From IMG/VR virus record IMGVR_UViG_3300037321_000063, positions 5,850 through 69,849 of that record: a DNA stretch of 64,000 nt. One strand, 5' to 3'. The DNA comes from a virus. Below the pieces are notes generated by a model. The model saw only the letters and a list, made by a program, of their open reading frames with translations. It made no database searches and had not been told where the DNA came from. Position numbers and translations under genes: made by a program. Each line of letters opens with the position of its first letter. Positions within the stretch are counted from its first letter, which is position 1. This document shows, piece after piece, positions 51,985 to 59,626 of the stretch.

Positions 51985-52827
51985 ATGATGGTTAACTATA
52001 TCACAAAACCCATATATTCATTTACTGCTAATTGGGTAATTAGTAATATTTCTGTAGAGTCTAATATTTTCAACATACTGAATTTATTCGCAAATGGTGA
52101 GAAAGGCGCGTGGTATGACCCTAGTGATATATCTACACTGTTCCAAGATGCCGCAGGTACAATACCTGTAACAGCAGATGGTCAACCCGTTGGTTTAATG
52201 TTAGATAAATCCGGCAATGGTAACCATGCGAGTCAATCAGTATCTAGTAAACGTCCTACTTATAGAGATGTAGGTGGGGTTCAGTGGATAGAAGCTGACG
52301 GCATAGACGATTTTTTAACTACGTCACCAGTAGCCGGTATCGCTAACGACGCTGACGGCATGAGCCTGATGATGACTGTTAGGTCAACGGGCAGTAGAGC
52401 TGTTTTAGTTAGTCAGTATGACACCATCGGTAATAGTAGAAACTTTTCAAGTGTAGTAAGCACAATGAGCAATAATTTTGAATTCGGAGTGCAAAATAAC
52501 AGCAGTTTTAACGTAAATGTGAACACTTCCGTCTCGGCAAATTATGGTAATGACTCTACTTTTATAGGATTGCATGAAGGTTCTGGTGGTCGTGCAATGT
52601 TAACAGTTAATGGAGTTAGTTCTTCATCTAATCAACAACTATCGTCTGTAGGTAGTGCAATAAACCAAGAGATAATGCTTTTTACTATCTCAGGGAGGGA
52701 GATTTTTTCAGAGGGTAGAATTTACGGACTGATTATAAGAGGTAAGCAATCCAACGAGCAAGAAGTCACAAACACAGAGGAATACTTAACCGCGTTAACT
52801 GTACCTGTGGTAGATCTAGAACCGTGA
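51985..52827 (+). CDS. ConA/LamG-like virion-associated protein
   Basis: GAWYDPSD.STLFQDAAGT.PVTADGQPVGLMLDKSGNGNHASQ...RP...DGIDD...GRIYGLII motif set. Confidence 0.7.
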   Translation: MMVNYITKPIYSFTANWVISNISVESNIFNILNLFANGEKGAWYDPSDISTLFQDAAGTIPVTADGQPVGLMLDKSGNGNHASQSVSSKRPTYRDVGGVQWIEADGIDDFLTTSPVAGIANDADGMSLMMTVRSTGSRAVLVSQYDTIGNSRNFSSVVSTMSNNFEFGVQNNSSFNVNVNTSVSANYGNDSTFIGLHEGSGGRAMLTVNGVSSSSNQQLSSVGSAINQEIMLFTISGREIFSEGRIYGLIIRGKQSNEQEVTNTEEYLTALTVPVVDLEP

Positions 52828-53064
52828 ATTTTAGTAATAGATTTTAATATTGAAATTGATAAGTCTATAAAAGTTGTACAAATTGACGTAGACTTAGTGG
52901 CGGCTAAACGCGCACAGGTAATGCTAAGAATCAACGACAGCACAGCAAGCCCGAATGTTATTGCGGTGATATTGGGAGACAGGCTAGAGTCAGCGCAAGA
53001 CCACATAGCGGCACTAGGGTTAACGCAAGTAGATCAGGAAATAACAGTCACAGGAGGATTTTAA
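52828..53064 (+). pseudogene. start-less remnant paralogous to the C-terminal half of the next gene
   Basis: VDLVAAKRAQ...ASPNVIAVILGD...ALGLT versus IDMNAALRAQ...AMPNKITACLGD...LMGL. Confidence 0.6.
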
Positions 53065-53066
53065 TT

Positions 53067-53432
53067 ATGAGAATAACAGCGGCATGTCCAGAACTATTAC
53101 AATTAGACGCTAATCAACTCGCAATGTGTTTAGCACTTGGACCATATGACATAAACACGTATAATGGTTTAAATTGGCAAGACTCAGAAGGTAATTTATA
53201 CTCATGTGCTAGTTGGATTACATATGATCAATGGATAGCTACGGCACAAGATACACTTGTAAGACCTGAATGGGACACCGATAACATAATTGATATGAAT
53301 GCCGCACTTAGGGCGCAAGATGCCTTAGCTTTCAGTGAGAGTGCTATTCAGGCTATGCCTAACAAGATAACAGCATGTTTAGGTGATGATGGTGTATATA
53401 CGCTCAAATTAATGGGATTATTAACATTATAA
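53067..53432 (+). CDS. hypothetical protein downstream of the LamG-like gene
   Basis: AGGAGG RBS; MRITAACP...DANQLA...WQD..GNLY. Confidence 0.7.
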   Translation: MRITAACPELLQLDANQLAMCLALGPYDINTYNGLNWQDSEGNLYSCASWITYDQWIATAQDTLVRPEWDTDNIIDMNAALRAQDALAFSESAIQAMPNKITACLGDDGVYTLKLMGLLTL

Positions 53433-53451
53433 AAATAAATATTAAATAATG

Positions 53452-53480
53452 TTTACTTTTGACAATGTTTAGTGTATAAA
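53452..53480 (+). promoter_or_regulatory. sigma70-type promoter for tRNA leader
   Basis: TTTACT-17-TATAAA; a TTGACA is also present at 53459. Confidence 0.55.
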
Positions 53481-53514
53481 ATAGAAGTGTAGAAATTAAA
53501 TAACAGGAATTAAA

Positions 53515-53595
53515 ATGACACCCAAATATAAAACGTCTAACATAAATAAATCGATAACGTGGTCGAATTATTCATGCGCGCGTGGGGTTTCTTAA
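53515..53595 (+). CDS. putative attenuator leader peptide MTPKYKTSNINKSITWSNYSCARGVS
   Basis: AGGA RBS at 53505; last codons overlap the anti-terminator strand. Confidence 0.7.
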   Translation: MTPKYKTSNINKSITWSNYSCARGVS

Positions 53596-53654
53596 ATTAA
53601 TTTATAACTTAATTATTTAAAAAAAGCCCCACAGAAATGATGGGGCTTTTTTTT
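53582..53654 (+). promoter_or_regulatory. mutually exclusive anti-terminator/terminator (attenuator)
   Basis: GTGGGGTTT (53582) pairs with AAGCCCCAC (53624); that same strand forms the terminator AAGCCCCA-loop-TGGGGCTTTTTTTT. Confidence 0.75.
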
Positions 53655-53667
53655 ATGTTTAAAATTT

Positions 53668-53739
53668 GCTGGTTTAGCTCAGTTGGTAGAGCATTTGTTT
53701 TGTAATCGAAGGGTCGAGGGTTCAAGTCCTTCAATCTAG
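53668..53739 (+). tRNA. tRNA-Thr(UGU), degenerate
   Basis: Good D arm and GTTCAAGT T arm, anticodon TGT; acceptor 3' strand broken, no CCA, runs into tRNA-Ser. Confidence 0.6.
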
Positions 53740-53826
53740 GAAGGTAGGGCGTTGTGGTACGCAACTGGTTTTGAAAGCCAGCCCAACGTGAAAACGTTGA
53801 TGGTTCGACTCCATTACTTCCCTCCA
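53739..53826 (+). tRNA. tRNA-Ser(UGA)
   Basis: CTGGT-TTTGAAA-GCCAG anticodon arm, long variable arm CAACGT-GAAA-ACGTTG, TTCGACT loop, encoded CCA. Confidence 0.85.
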
Positions 53827-53843
53827 AATTAGTTGGAATTTTG

Positions 53844-53851
53844 TATAAATA
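53844..53851 (+). promoter_or_regulatory. late promoter TATAAATA
   Basis: Exact consensus upstream of the DUF1353-like gene. Confidence 0.7.
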
Positions 53852-53880
53852 GTGGTGAATTAATTAAAAAAGGAAGTAGC

Positions 53881-54315
53881 ATGATAATCACACCACATTC
53901 AAAAAATATGTATAAGTTAGCTGAGTCGTACATGTTTCAATTAGATAATGTTAGATTTTTAATACCGAAGGGATTTGTTAGTGATGGGGCGAGTATACCC
54001 AATGCGTTTTGGAAGTTTATAGGTACGCCGTTTTCACCCGCATACATCAAAGCGGCTTTTGTACATGACTATTTAACATGTATAAATTATGATGGAAAAT
54101 CGACAGATAAGTATTTTTTAGAGTTATTGCTAAAAAATGGTGTGAGTAGAATTAAAGCAAACCTAATGTATGCGGGAGTTGTTTTATATAGAAAATATTT
54201 AGAAAAAAAGAACTTGTATAATGTAACTATGTTATGTATAGTGGTTTTATTGTTAGTCGCTGGAATAATTACACATGATCAAATCATTCAATGGGGATTA
54301 TCGTTTTTTATCTAA
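53881..54315 (+). CDS. DUF1353-like protein
   Basis: IPKGFVSDGASIP..FW...AAFVHDYL motif; C-terminal TM segment. Confidence 0.8.
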   Translation: MIITPHSKNMYKLAESYMFQLDNVRFLIPKGFVSDGASIPNAFWKFIGTPFSPAYIKAAFVHDYLTCINYDGKSTDKYFLELLLKNGVSRIKANLMYAGVVLYRKYLEKKNLYNVTMLCIVVLLLVAGIITHDQIIQWGLSFFI

Positions 54316-54703
54316 CTTTGTAGAATGTAAGGTAGTTTTAGATGGTGAGGAATATAGTTCTGTAGAACATGCCTATGTTGCGGCTAAAACTGTAGACATA
54401 GGCATTAGGAAGGAAATACAAGTATTACCCTATGCGGGGCAAGTTAAGCGATTTGGTAAAAAAATAGAATTGCGTAAAGGTTGGGATAATTTAAAGTATT
54501 CTATAATGTTTGATCTGGTTGAGCAAAAGTTTAATCAAGAACCTTATAAAAGTTTGCTATTAGAAACCAGTGGTGATATCTTCGAGGGTAATATGTGGGG
54601 TGATAGATACTGGGGCGTTGTTTGGGATGAAGACGATTCATATAGTGGTGAAAATAATTTAGGCGAGATTATTATGTTTATTCGTAGTGATCTTTCGAGA
54701 TAG
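54275..54703 (+). CDS. NADAR (YbiA-like) family protein
   Basis: FLSNF, SVEHAYVAAK, KF.Q, LL.T, WGDRYWG, GENNLG motifs. Confidence 0.9.
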   Translation: MIKSFNGDYRFLSNFVECKVVLDGEEYSSVEHAYVAAKTVDIGIRKEIQVLPYAGQVKRFGKKIELRKGWDNLKYSIMFDLVEQKFNQEPYKSLLLETSGDIFEGNMWGDRYWGVVWDEDDSYSGENNLGEIIMFIRSDLSR

Positions 54704-54710
54704 TAGTTTT

Positions 54711-54785
54711 GGTTGTTTAGCTCAGTGGTAGAGCGATAGATTGTTAATCTATGGGTCGGTGGTTCAAGTCCATCAACAACCGCCA
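54711..54785 (+). tRNA. tRNA-Asn(GUU)
   Basis: Complete cloverleaf, GGTTGTT/AACAACC acceptor, anticodon GTT, encoded CCA. Confidence 0.93.
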
Positions 54786-54790
54786 AATTT

Positions 54791-54866
54791 GGATGTGTAG
54801 ACACGTATGGATCGTGTTCGGGTTGTAACTCCGATCCGCAAGGCAACATAGGTTCGATTCCGATGA
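54791..54866 (+). pseudogene. tRNA-Tyr(GUA) lacking acceptor 3' strand; orphan T-arm at 54901-54917
   Basis: TCGGG-TTGTAAC-TCCGA arm, variable arm and GGTTCGATTCC present; no CACATCC or CCA. Confidence 0.65.
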
Positions 54867-54936
54867 AATTATGGTAAACGTAAATCCACAATGCTTAGAC
54901 ACTGGTTCGAATCCAGTTAAAATAATTAAATAAGTG

Positions 54937-54973
54937 TTGACTTATATAAAATGATTGGTTACACTAGGTTCAT
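54937..54973 (+). promoter_or_regulatory. early promoter with AGGT motif
   Basis: TTGACT-17-TACACT-AGGTTCAT. Confidence 0.65.
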
Positions 54974-54999
54974 CGAGTCAATGCATAGAGAAGTATATT

Positions 55000-55353
55000 A
55001 TGAATAAAGAAAATAACAGTTATATTAGTCAAGAATGTAGTGGTATTGAAAAAATTGACCATTATATTAGTCAAGAACTCCACGATACAAATAAGTTTTG
55101 TGAAGATGGTGAACGTATAATTGTAAAGGTTTACTTTATAATTGCCCAGTATAAATCTGGTAAAAGACTTCGCCATTGTGCTACATTGGAGTGTGCTGAT
55201 CCATTAAGACATATTTTAATAAAAATAGCTGATAATAAAATACCAGATTATCAAAATCATTGGTATGAGGTACATCCACAATATGGATCTCCTTATCATG
55301 CTAAAATTGGTGACTATCATTTATACGATAAAGATGATAGAAATGCAAGATGA
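55000..55353 (+). CDS. hypothetical early protein
   Basis: ATG at 55000 after the promoter; duplicated YISQE. Confidence 0.6.
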   Translation: MNKENNSYISQECSGIEKIDHYISQELHDTNKFCEDGERIIVKVYFIIAQYKSGKRLRHCATLECADPLRHILIKIADNKIPDYQNHWYEVHPQYGSPYHAKIGDYHLYDKDDRNAR

Positions 55354-55470
55354 TATCAATGGCTGTAAAATATCAGCTAGGTTGACCAAAGCCTATTATA
55401 ATGATGGTAGTTTAAGTACCGTAAGGGGTGAACCCCAACACTACTATTTATTTTGTTTTAACCTCTATTC

Positions 55471-55497
55471 AAAAAGCGACCAAATTGGTCGCTTTTT
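55471..55497. terminator. intrinsic terminator
   Basis: AAAAAGCGACCAA-a-TTGGTCGCTTTTT. Confidence 0.85.
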
Positions 55498-55519
55498 ATT
55501 GCCTTCAAAAAGTTTAATG

Positions 55520-55579
55520 TATAAATATACGTATAAATAGATGAAATTAAAATCATAGTAGTATATAATAGGTACTCAA
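55520..55579 (+). promoter_or_regulatory. two late promoters plus an early-type -10 with AGGTACTC motif
   Basis: TATAAATA at 55520 and 55532; TATAAT-AGGTACTCA at 55564. Confidence 0.75.
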
Positions 55580-55600
55580 TTGGTTAACAGGGGTTTTAAA

Positions 55601-56059
55601 ATGAAAAGTTTTTCAGAATATATGACAGAATCGGTAGATGTTAAAAATTTACCAAAGACGGTACATATCGCTCAATACAACGGTCAAGCGGGTAACTACA
55701 CCGGATTTACTGGGGCGGTCGCGTCAATACATCAAAAGCTTGCAAAGTCAGACCAAGCCATATTTCAGGTCGATTCCTACGATAGAAAGGAATTTGGTAA
55801 GGTTCTCAAGTCTGGTGACATTTTATGTAGAATGTCTTCGCCAATGTCAAGTAATACCAATGAAGAAAACCGAACTATTTGCATTATAAATATAAAGAAT
55901 GCAAATGTTAAATTTATCAATCAAGATAAATATAATGATGGTATCATTGCGGTTGATAGAGCGTTGAAGTTTAAGTTTTTAACCATCGACCCAAAAGTTA
56001 TGCAATATTTCGAAATCTCTGGTAAAGCTGAAGACTACGTTAAACCAATTACCTACTAG
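55601..56059 (+). CDS. putative internal head protein (MKSFSEYMTE)
   Basis: CTS-like start at 55601 with AGGGG RBS. Confidence 0.72.
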   Translation: MKSFSEYMTESVDVKNLPKTVHIAQYNGQAGNYTGFTGAVASIHQKLAKSDQAIFQVDSYDRKEFGKVLKSGDILCRMSSPMSSNTNEENRTICIINIKNANVKFINQDKYNDGIIAVDRALKFKFLTIDPKVMQYFEISGKAEDYVKPITY

Positions 56060-56072
56060 GAAAAACACTTAT

Positions 56073-56336
56073 ATGAAAACATTCACAGAATTTCTTTCGG
56101 AAGAATCTGGTGCGCCCAAGCTATCAGATAATGGGTGGAAAGGGTTACTTATCTGGACTAAATATAAGTCAGCATTTAGAAAGTCAGCGGCTGAACAATC
56201 TGATGTTGATTTAGAAAGTGCAAAATTGGAATTCACTAAATTGGGTATTATGAAAAGTGGTAAAATGAAAGACTTAAAAAAGATGTATAAGTTAGCTAAA
56301 AATAAATTTCCAAATTCTGAAGGGGACTTTACATGA
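56073..56336 (+). CDS. putative internal head protein (MKTFTEFLSE)
   Basis: Near-consensus CTS; basic mature part. Confidence 0.75.
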   Translation: MKTFTEFLSEESGAPKLSDNGWKGLLIWTKYKSAFRKSAAEQSDVDLESAKLEFTKLGIMKSGKMKDLKKMYKLAKNKFPNSEGDFT

Positions 56337-56725
56337 AATCGTTTACAGAATTTCTTTCAGAAGAGTTATCAAGATCTGACATCGGTGTAGTAGAAAAATT
56401 TGCGGATAAGTTATTTGCCGCCGTTGGTGTAGACATTGATTTGTCTGGTAAACACTTTAGAGATAGAGTTAATGATCCCAGAAATGGTGAGCCGATTACC
56501 ATCGTAGAATTAATGAGTATGTTTAAAAAGGTATTCGCAAAGCATGGTCCGAGGATCGGTGGAATGAGTCCCGGTATTGAAGCCGTCATGTTTGACATAA
56601 ATTCAAACATCAATATTCCATTTATGGTGAAATACGATAATCAAAATGATGAATTGGATGTGATAGCCAAGACTACCATGCGCAAGCGCGACTTTAAAAC
56701 TAGAACAGCTAAATTAACAGTTTAA
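56333..56725 (+). CDS. putative internal head protein (MKSFTEFLSE), possible RelE/BECR-like fold
   Basis: Near-consensus CTS; HFRDRVNDPRN and IAKTTMRK motifs. Confidence 0.72.
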   Translation: MKSFTEFLSEELSRSDIGVVEKFADKLFAAVGVDIDLSGKHFRDRVNDPRNGEPITIVELMSMFKKVFAKHGPRIGGMSPGIEAVMFDINSNINIPFMVKYDNQNDELDVIAKTTMRKRDFKTRTAKLTV

Positions 56726-56730
56726 ATAGC

Positions 56731-56768
56731 TTGCATTTAGCCGTCTAGCCGTCTATAATAGGTACTCA
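56731..56768 (+). promoter_or_regulatory. early promoter with AGGTACTC motif
   Basis: TTGCAT-17-TATAAT-AGGTACTCA. Confidence 0.75.
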
Positions 56769-56794
56769 TTCAGTCACTAAGCGAGAAATATATT

Positions 56795-57091
56795 ATGAAA
56801 GACTTAAATGTTCGTTGGTTTAAAGACATACTATTTTTATTTTTGTGCCGCGATCGCTCGTTTTCCAAAGACGAAGCTACGTTTGAAGTTAATCTAATTA
56901 TTAACTTGGGAATGGCTAATCTTATAGAGTCTTCTAAAACGTCTAAACTTGAAAATGATTTATACATTAGAACTTCGCGCATTGGTGCTACCAAGACGCT
57001 GAATAGACAAGCTAGAATCGGCATTGCAATGTCAATTAATAAAGCGATAAATCATTCTGAGTTTGGTGGCGTAACTACGCCGTATAAATAG
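56795..57091 (+). CDS. hypothetical early protein inserted in the internal-protein array
   Basis: Has its own early promoter; no CTS; late promoter TATAAATA at 57083 in its 3' end. Confidence 0.6.
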   Translation: MKDLNVRWFKDILFLFLCRDRSFSKDEATFEVNLIINLGMANLIESSKTSKLENDLYIRTSRIGATKTLNRQARIGIAMSINKAINHSEFGGVTTPYK

Positions 57092-57102
57092 AGGTATATA
57101 TC

Positions 57103-57288
57103 ATGACAATAAAGAAAATATTTGCAAAATTACCGAAGGGTTCAAAGAACTCTAAGAATGGTACTATATTCGCCACTGGCAACTTAGCGGTTGCTTTGGG
57201 TGTAAATGATTATGATACCGTGGATATTAAAACTATATCGGCTGTGCAAATACAGAAATTGTCAAACTTACTAGGGGTAACAAATTGA
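57103..57288 (+). CDS. hypothetical late protein
   Basis: GAGG RBS after late promoter. Confidence 0.6.
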   Translation: MTIKKIFAKLPKGSKNSKNGTIFATGNLAVALGVNDYDTVDIKTISAVQIQKLSNLLGVTN

Positions 57289-57551
57289 TATCATTTAACG
57301 AATTTTTATTAGAAGCCGAATTTCCAAAAATCCTTAAAGATTTTACAAGTGCTACTGGATTGGATAAATTTAATTTAACCGATTATAAAGTGGTTGGAGA
57401 TCCTAAAAACTATTGGATCGCTTACGCTAAAAATAATAACAATCCGAAGAATAAGGCAAAGCCATATTCTGCATTAGACTCAACTGGTGAAATATGGGAA
57501 AACAAAAGCTTAGTTGAACTAAAGAAAGTAATCGTAGACCAAGGAATATAA
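57285..57551 (+). CDS. putative internal head protein (MISFNEFLLE)
   Basis: CTS-like start (TTG). Confidence 0.68.
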   Translation: MISFNEFLLEAEFPKILKDFTSATGLDKFNLTDYKVVGDPKNYWIAYAKNNNNPKNKAKPYSALDSTGEIWENKSLVELKKVIVDQGI

Positions 57552-57553
57552 AC

Positions 57554-57916
57554 ATGAAAACATTTAACACATTTATGAATGAAGCATCTAGGTATAAAAA
57601 GCCTAAAAACGCATTTCCACAAAGTAGAAAGTAGTTTAGTAGTTCTAAAGCCGCTTTAAAGGCGGGTAATGTTGTTATGGATGCTAACCCAGATGTTACA
57701 GAAAAGGGAACTTTGGCTATTGCTATGTTCAAAAATTCTAAAAAATTCATTGTAGTTTGGGTTTCTGTTAGTGGTGGTAGTATGGGTGCAATGGGCGCAA
57801 AGTTCGTTGATGCGGGTCACTCGGTAACGACTACGGCGCTAATAGATGCCGCTACAGAACAAGGTACAGAAGATTGGGAAGCTGGCGGGGACTATGTGTT
57901 ACAATGGAAAATGTAA
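57554..57916 (+). pseudogene. CTS-tagged gene (MKTFNTFMNE) interrupted by in-frame TAG at 57632
   Basis: AAGGA RBS; the same frame continues FSSSKAALKAGNVVMDANP... to 57916. Confidence 0.7.
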
Positions 57917-57946
57917 TTAAAAACGAAGAAGATTGGGGAAGTAATT

Positions 57947-58524
57947 ATGAAATCATTTGAAGATTATATTAAAGAGTCTAGTTTAAGTCGTATTAAGTCT
58001 AAAATAGACTCTCACGCCACTGGTGCTATTACAGCATTCAGGGGTTCATTTACGAAGTCGCAAAATCAGCAACGTAATAAAAATTACTGGCTATGATTCT
58101 GCGTAGGGGTTTTCAAGTAACTACCGTCAAAGGTAGTTATATCGAAGATTTTGGAACTGATAGCGCAAAGGAAGTTGGTGAAACATCATTCTTTGTTGTC
58201 AACCCACAAGAGGGTAATGACGGCGGCGCATTGGAAAATGAATTAATTAAGTATGGTAAAATGTTTGATCAAGATTCCATTTTATCAGTACCATTTAAAG
58301 GCGCGGCTAAGTTGATTGGAACTAATGGTTCAGACTTCCCCGGTTATAACAAATCCGTTCCAGTTGGTTCGGCTGGCTACGGAAAATCTGGTGAATTCTT
58401 TAGTCGAGTTAACGGTCGGTCTTTTAATTTTTCTGAGGGTGAGCATATTGCATCATCTAGTAAAAATGGTAGATGGGCTTTAAATCAAATAGCCGAATCG
58501 GACTGGCAAAATATAGATGTATAA
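57947..58524 (+). pseudogene. CTS-tagged SAM-lyase-like gene (MKSFEDYIKE) with frameshift in A-run at about 58079-58083
   Basis: Adding one A joins ...ITAFRGSFTKSQNQQRNK to KLLAMILRRGFQVTTVKGSYIE...ETSFFV...FDQDSIL. Confidence 0.7.
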
Positions 58525-58549
58525 ATAGATGATAGGGGTATCAAATAAT

Positions 58550-58873
58550 ATGCAATCATTTATGGAATTTGTTCAAGGTGGTAATCTTAATGGAATTTCT
58601 TTACCACAATTAAAGCGAGAAATAAAAAACGGCGCTGGTTTAGAAGTATCTACACATAAAACTATCAATATGGGAAGTCATGCTGGTATAAAATTAGACT
58701 ATGGTAATGGTGTAGCAGATGATTCATTTAAGATTCAAAGGGTCAATGGTAAGGAATTTAATATCGAAGTTCATAATAATAACCAAGAAATTATGAACAA
58801 AATCGAATCCTATTTAAAAACTACCGGATACGAAATCAGTAGAAGTGCTTTCAAGTTGAAGGTGAGCGTATAA
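58550..58873 (+). CDS. putative internal head protein (MQSFMEFVQ)
   Basis: Late promoter at 58520; CTS-like start at 58550. Confidence 0.6.
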   Translation: MQSFMEFVQGGNLNGISLPQLKREIKNGAGLEVSTHKTINMGSHAGIKLDYGNGVADDSFKIQRVNGKEFNIEVHNNNQEIMNKIESYLKTTGYEISRSAFKLKVSV

Positions 58874-58877
58874 ACCT

Positions 58878-59342
58878 ATGATGTTGTCATACAAGCGATA
58901 TGTACAAGAATCTGTATATAAGTTGACTAGGCAAAAAGCTGGTGTATTTAAGGTACTAGATACTAAGTTAAATGAAACTGGTGTAACTCTGAATCAAAAT
59001 ATGAGTTTTGGTAAAGATTGGGATCTTGTAATTGGTGGCGTATCTAAGGGTTCATTTGAAACTAAACACGATGCAACATGTTTCATCGAAAAATCCCCAG
59101 AATTATTGGATGAAGCATATTCTTTCATATTCGTGGATACTGATTTAGTTAGAAATGAATATGTTGATCAGTTGTGGGAATTTGTAAAATCTAATAATTC
59201 TGAGATAAGAGAATCCATAAAATCTAAAAAATCATTACTCAATGAATCAAAATATTGGAAACTTAATATTAAGGACAATGTAATAATATCCGCTTCTATC
59301 TTTAAAGATAGGGGTACTAGAAAACTAATAGCGAAATTATAA
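58878..59342 (+). CDS. putative internal head protein (MLSYKRYVQE)
   Basis: Degenerate CTS; internal LDE and LNE sites. Confidence 0.55.
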   Translation: MMLSYKRYVQESVYKLTRQKAGVFKVLDTKLNETGVTLNQNMSFGKDWDLVIGGVSKGSFETKHDATCFIEKSPELLDEAYSFIFVDTDLVRNEYVDQLWEFVKSNNSEIRESIKSKKSLLNESKYWKLNIKDNVIISASIFKDRGTRKLIAKL

Positions 59343-59581
59343 TGCACATATTATATGGTATAGTTTGTAGAAATTTTCACATAGCCGAAAGAGAGTTATT
59401 GGGTGTGGGTATCATTGTGAAAAAAATTGCATACTCAAATGATGTTAAAGCCTACATAGAAAATGATTCAAAACAGCGCGCACAATTCCCATCATTATTT
59501 TACAATAACCAGTGGTACATCGGTATTTCACAAATATTTAATTTAATAAAATCCAAAAAAGAACTTGATACCTCCTTATAA
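59342..59581 (+). CDS. degenerate glutaredoxin-like protein
   Basis: ILYG..C and FPSLFY....YIG resemble the glutaredoxin fold, but CxxC is incomplete. Confidence 0.4.
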   Translation: MHILYGIVCRNFHIAERELLGVGIIVKKIAYSNDVKAYIENDSKQRAQFPSLFYNNQWYIGISQIFNLIKSKKELDTSL

Positions 59582-59626
59582 CTAGTGTATTCTATCTGTC
59601 AATAAATCAATCAGACAGAGAATATT

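Noticed and set aside
53609-54891. Minus-strand ORFs 53609-53827 and 54544-54891
   Set aside because: Antisense to tRNA genes, a typical artefact.
45405-57916. Stop-codon reassignment, suggested by in-frame stops followed by open frames (TGA near 45492, 46357 and 52825; TAG at 57632)
   Set aside because: Conserved core genes end at expected positions with TGA (gp48, gp10, gp20, uvsW) and TAG (gp8), and none has internal stops. No suppressor anticodon was seen: tRNA-Ser has anticodon UGA, which reads UCA.
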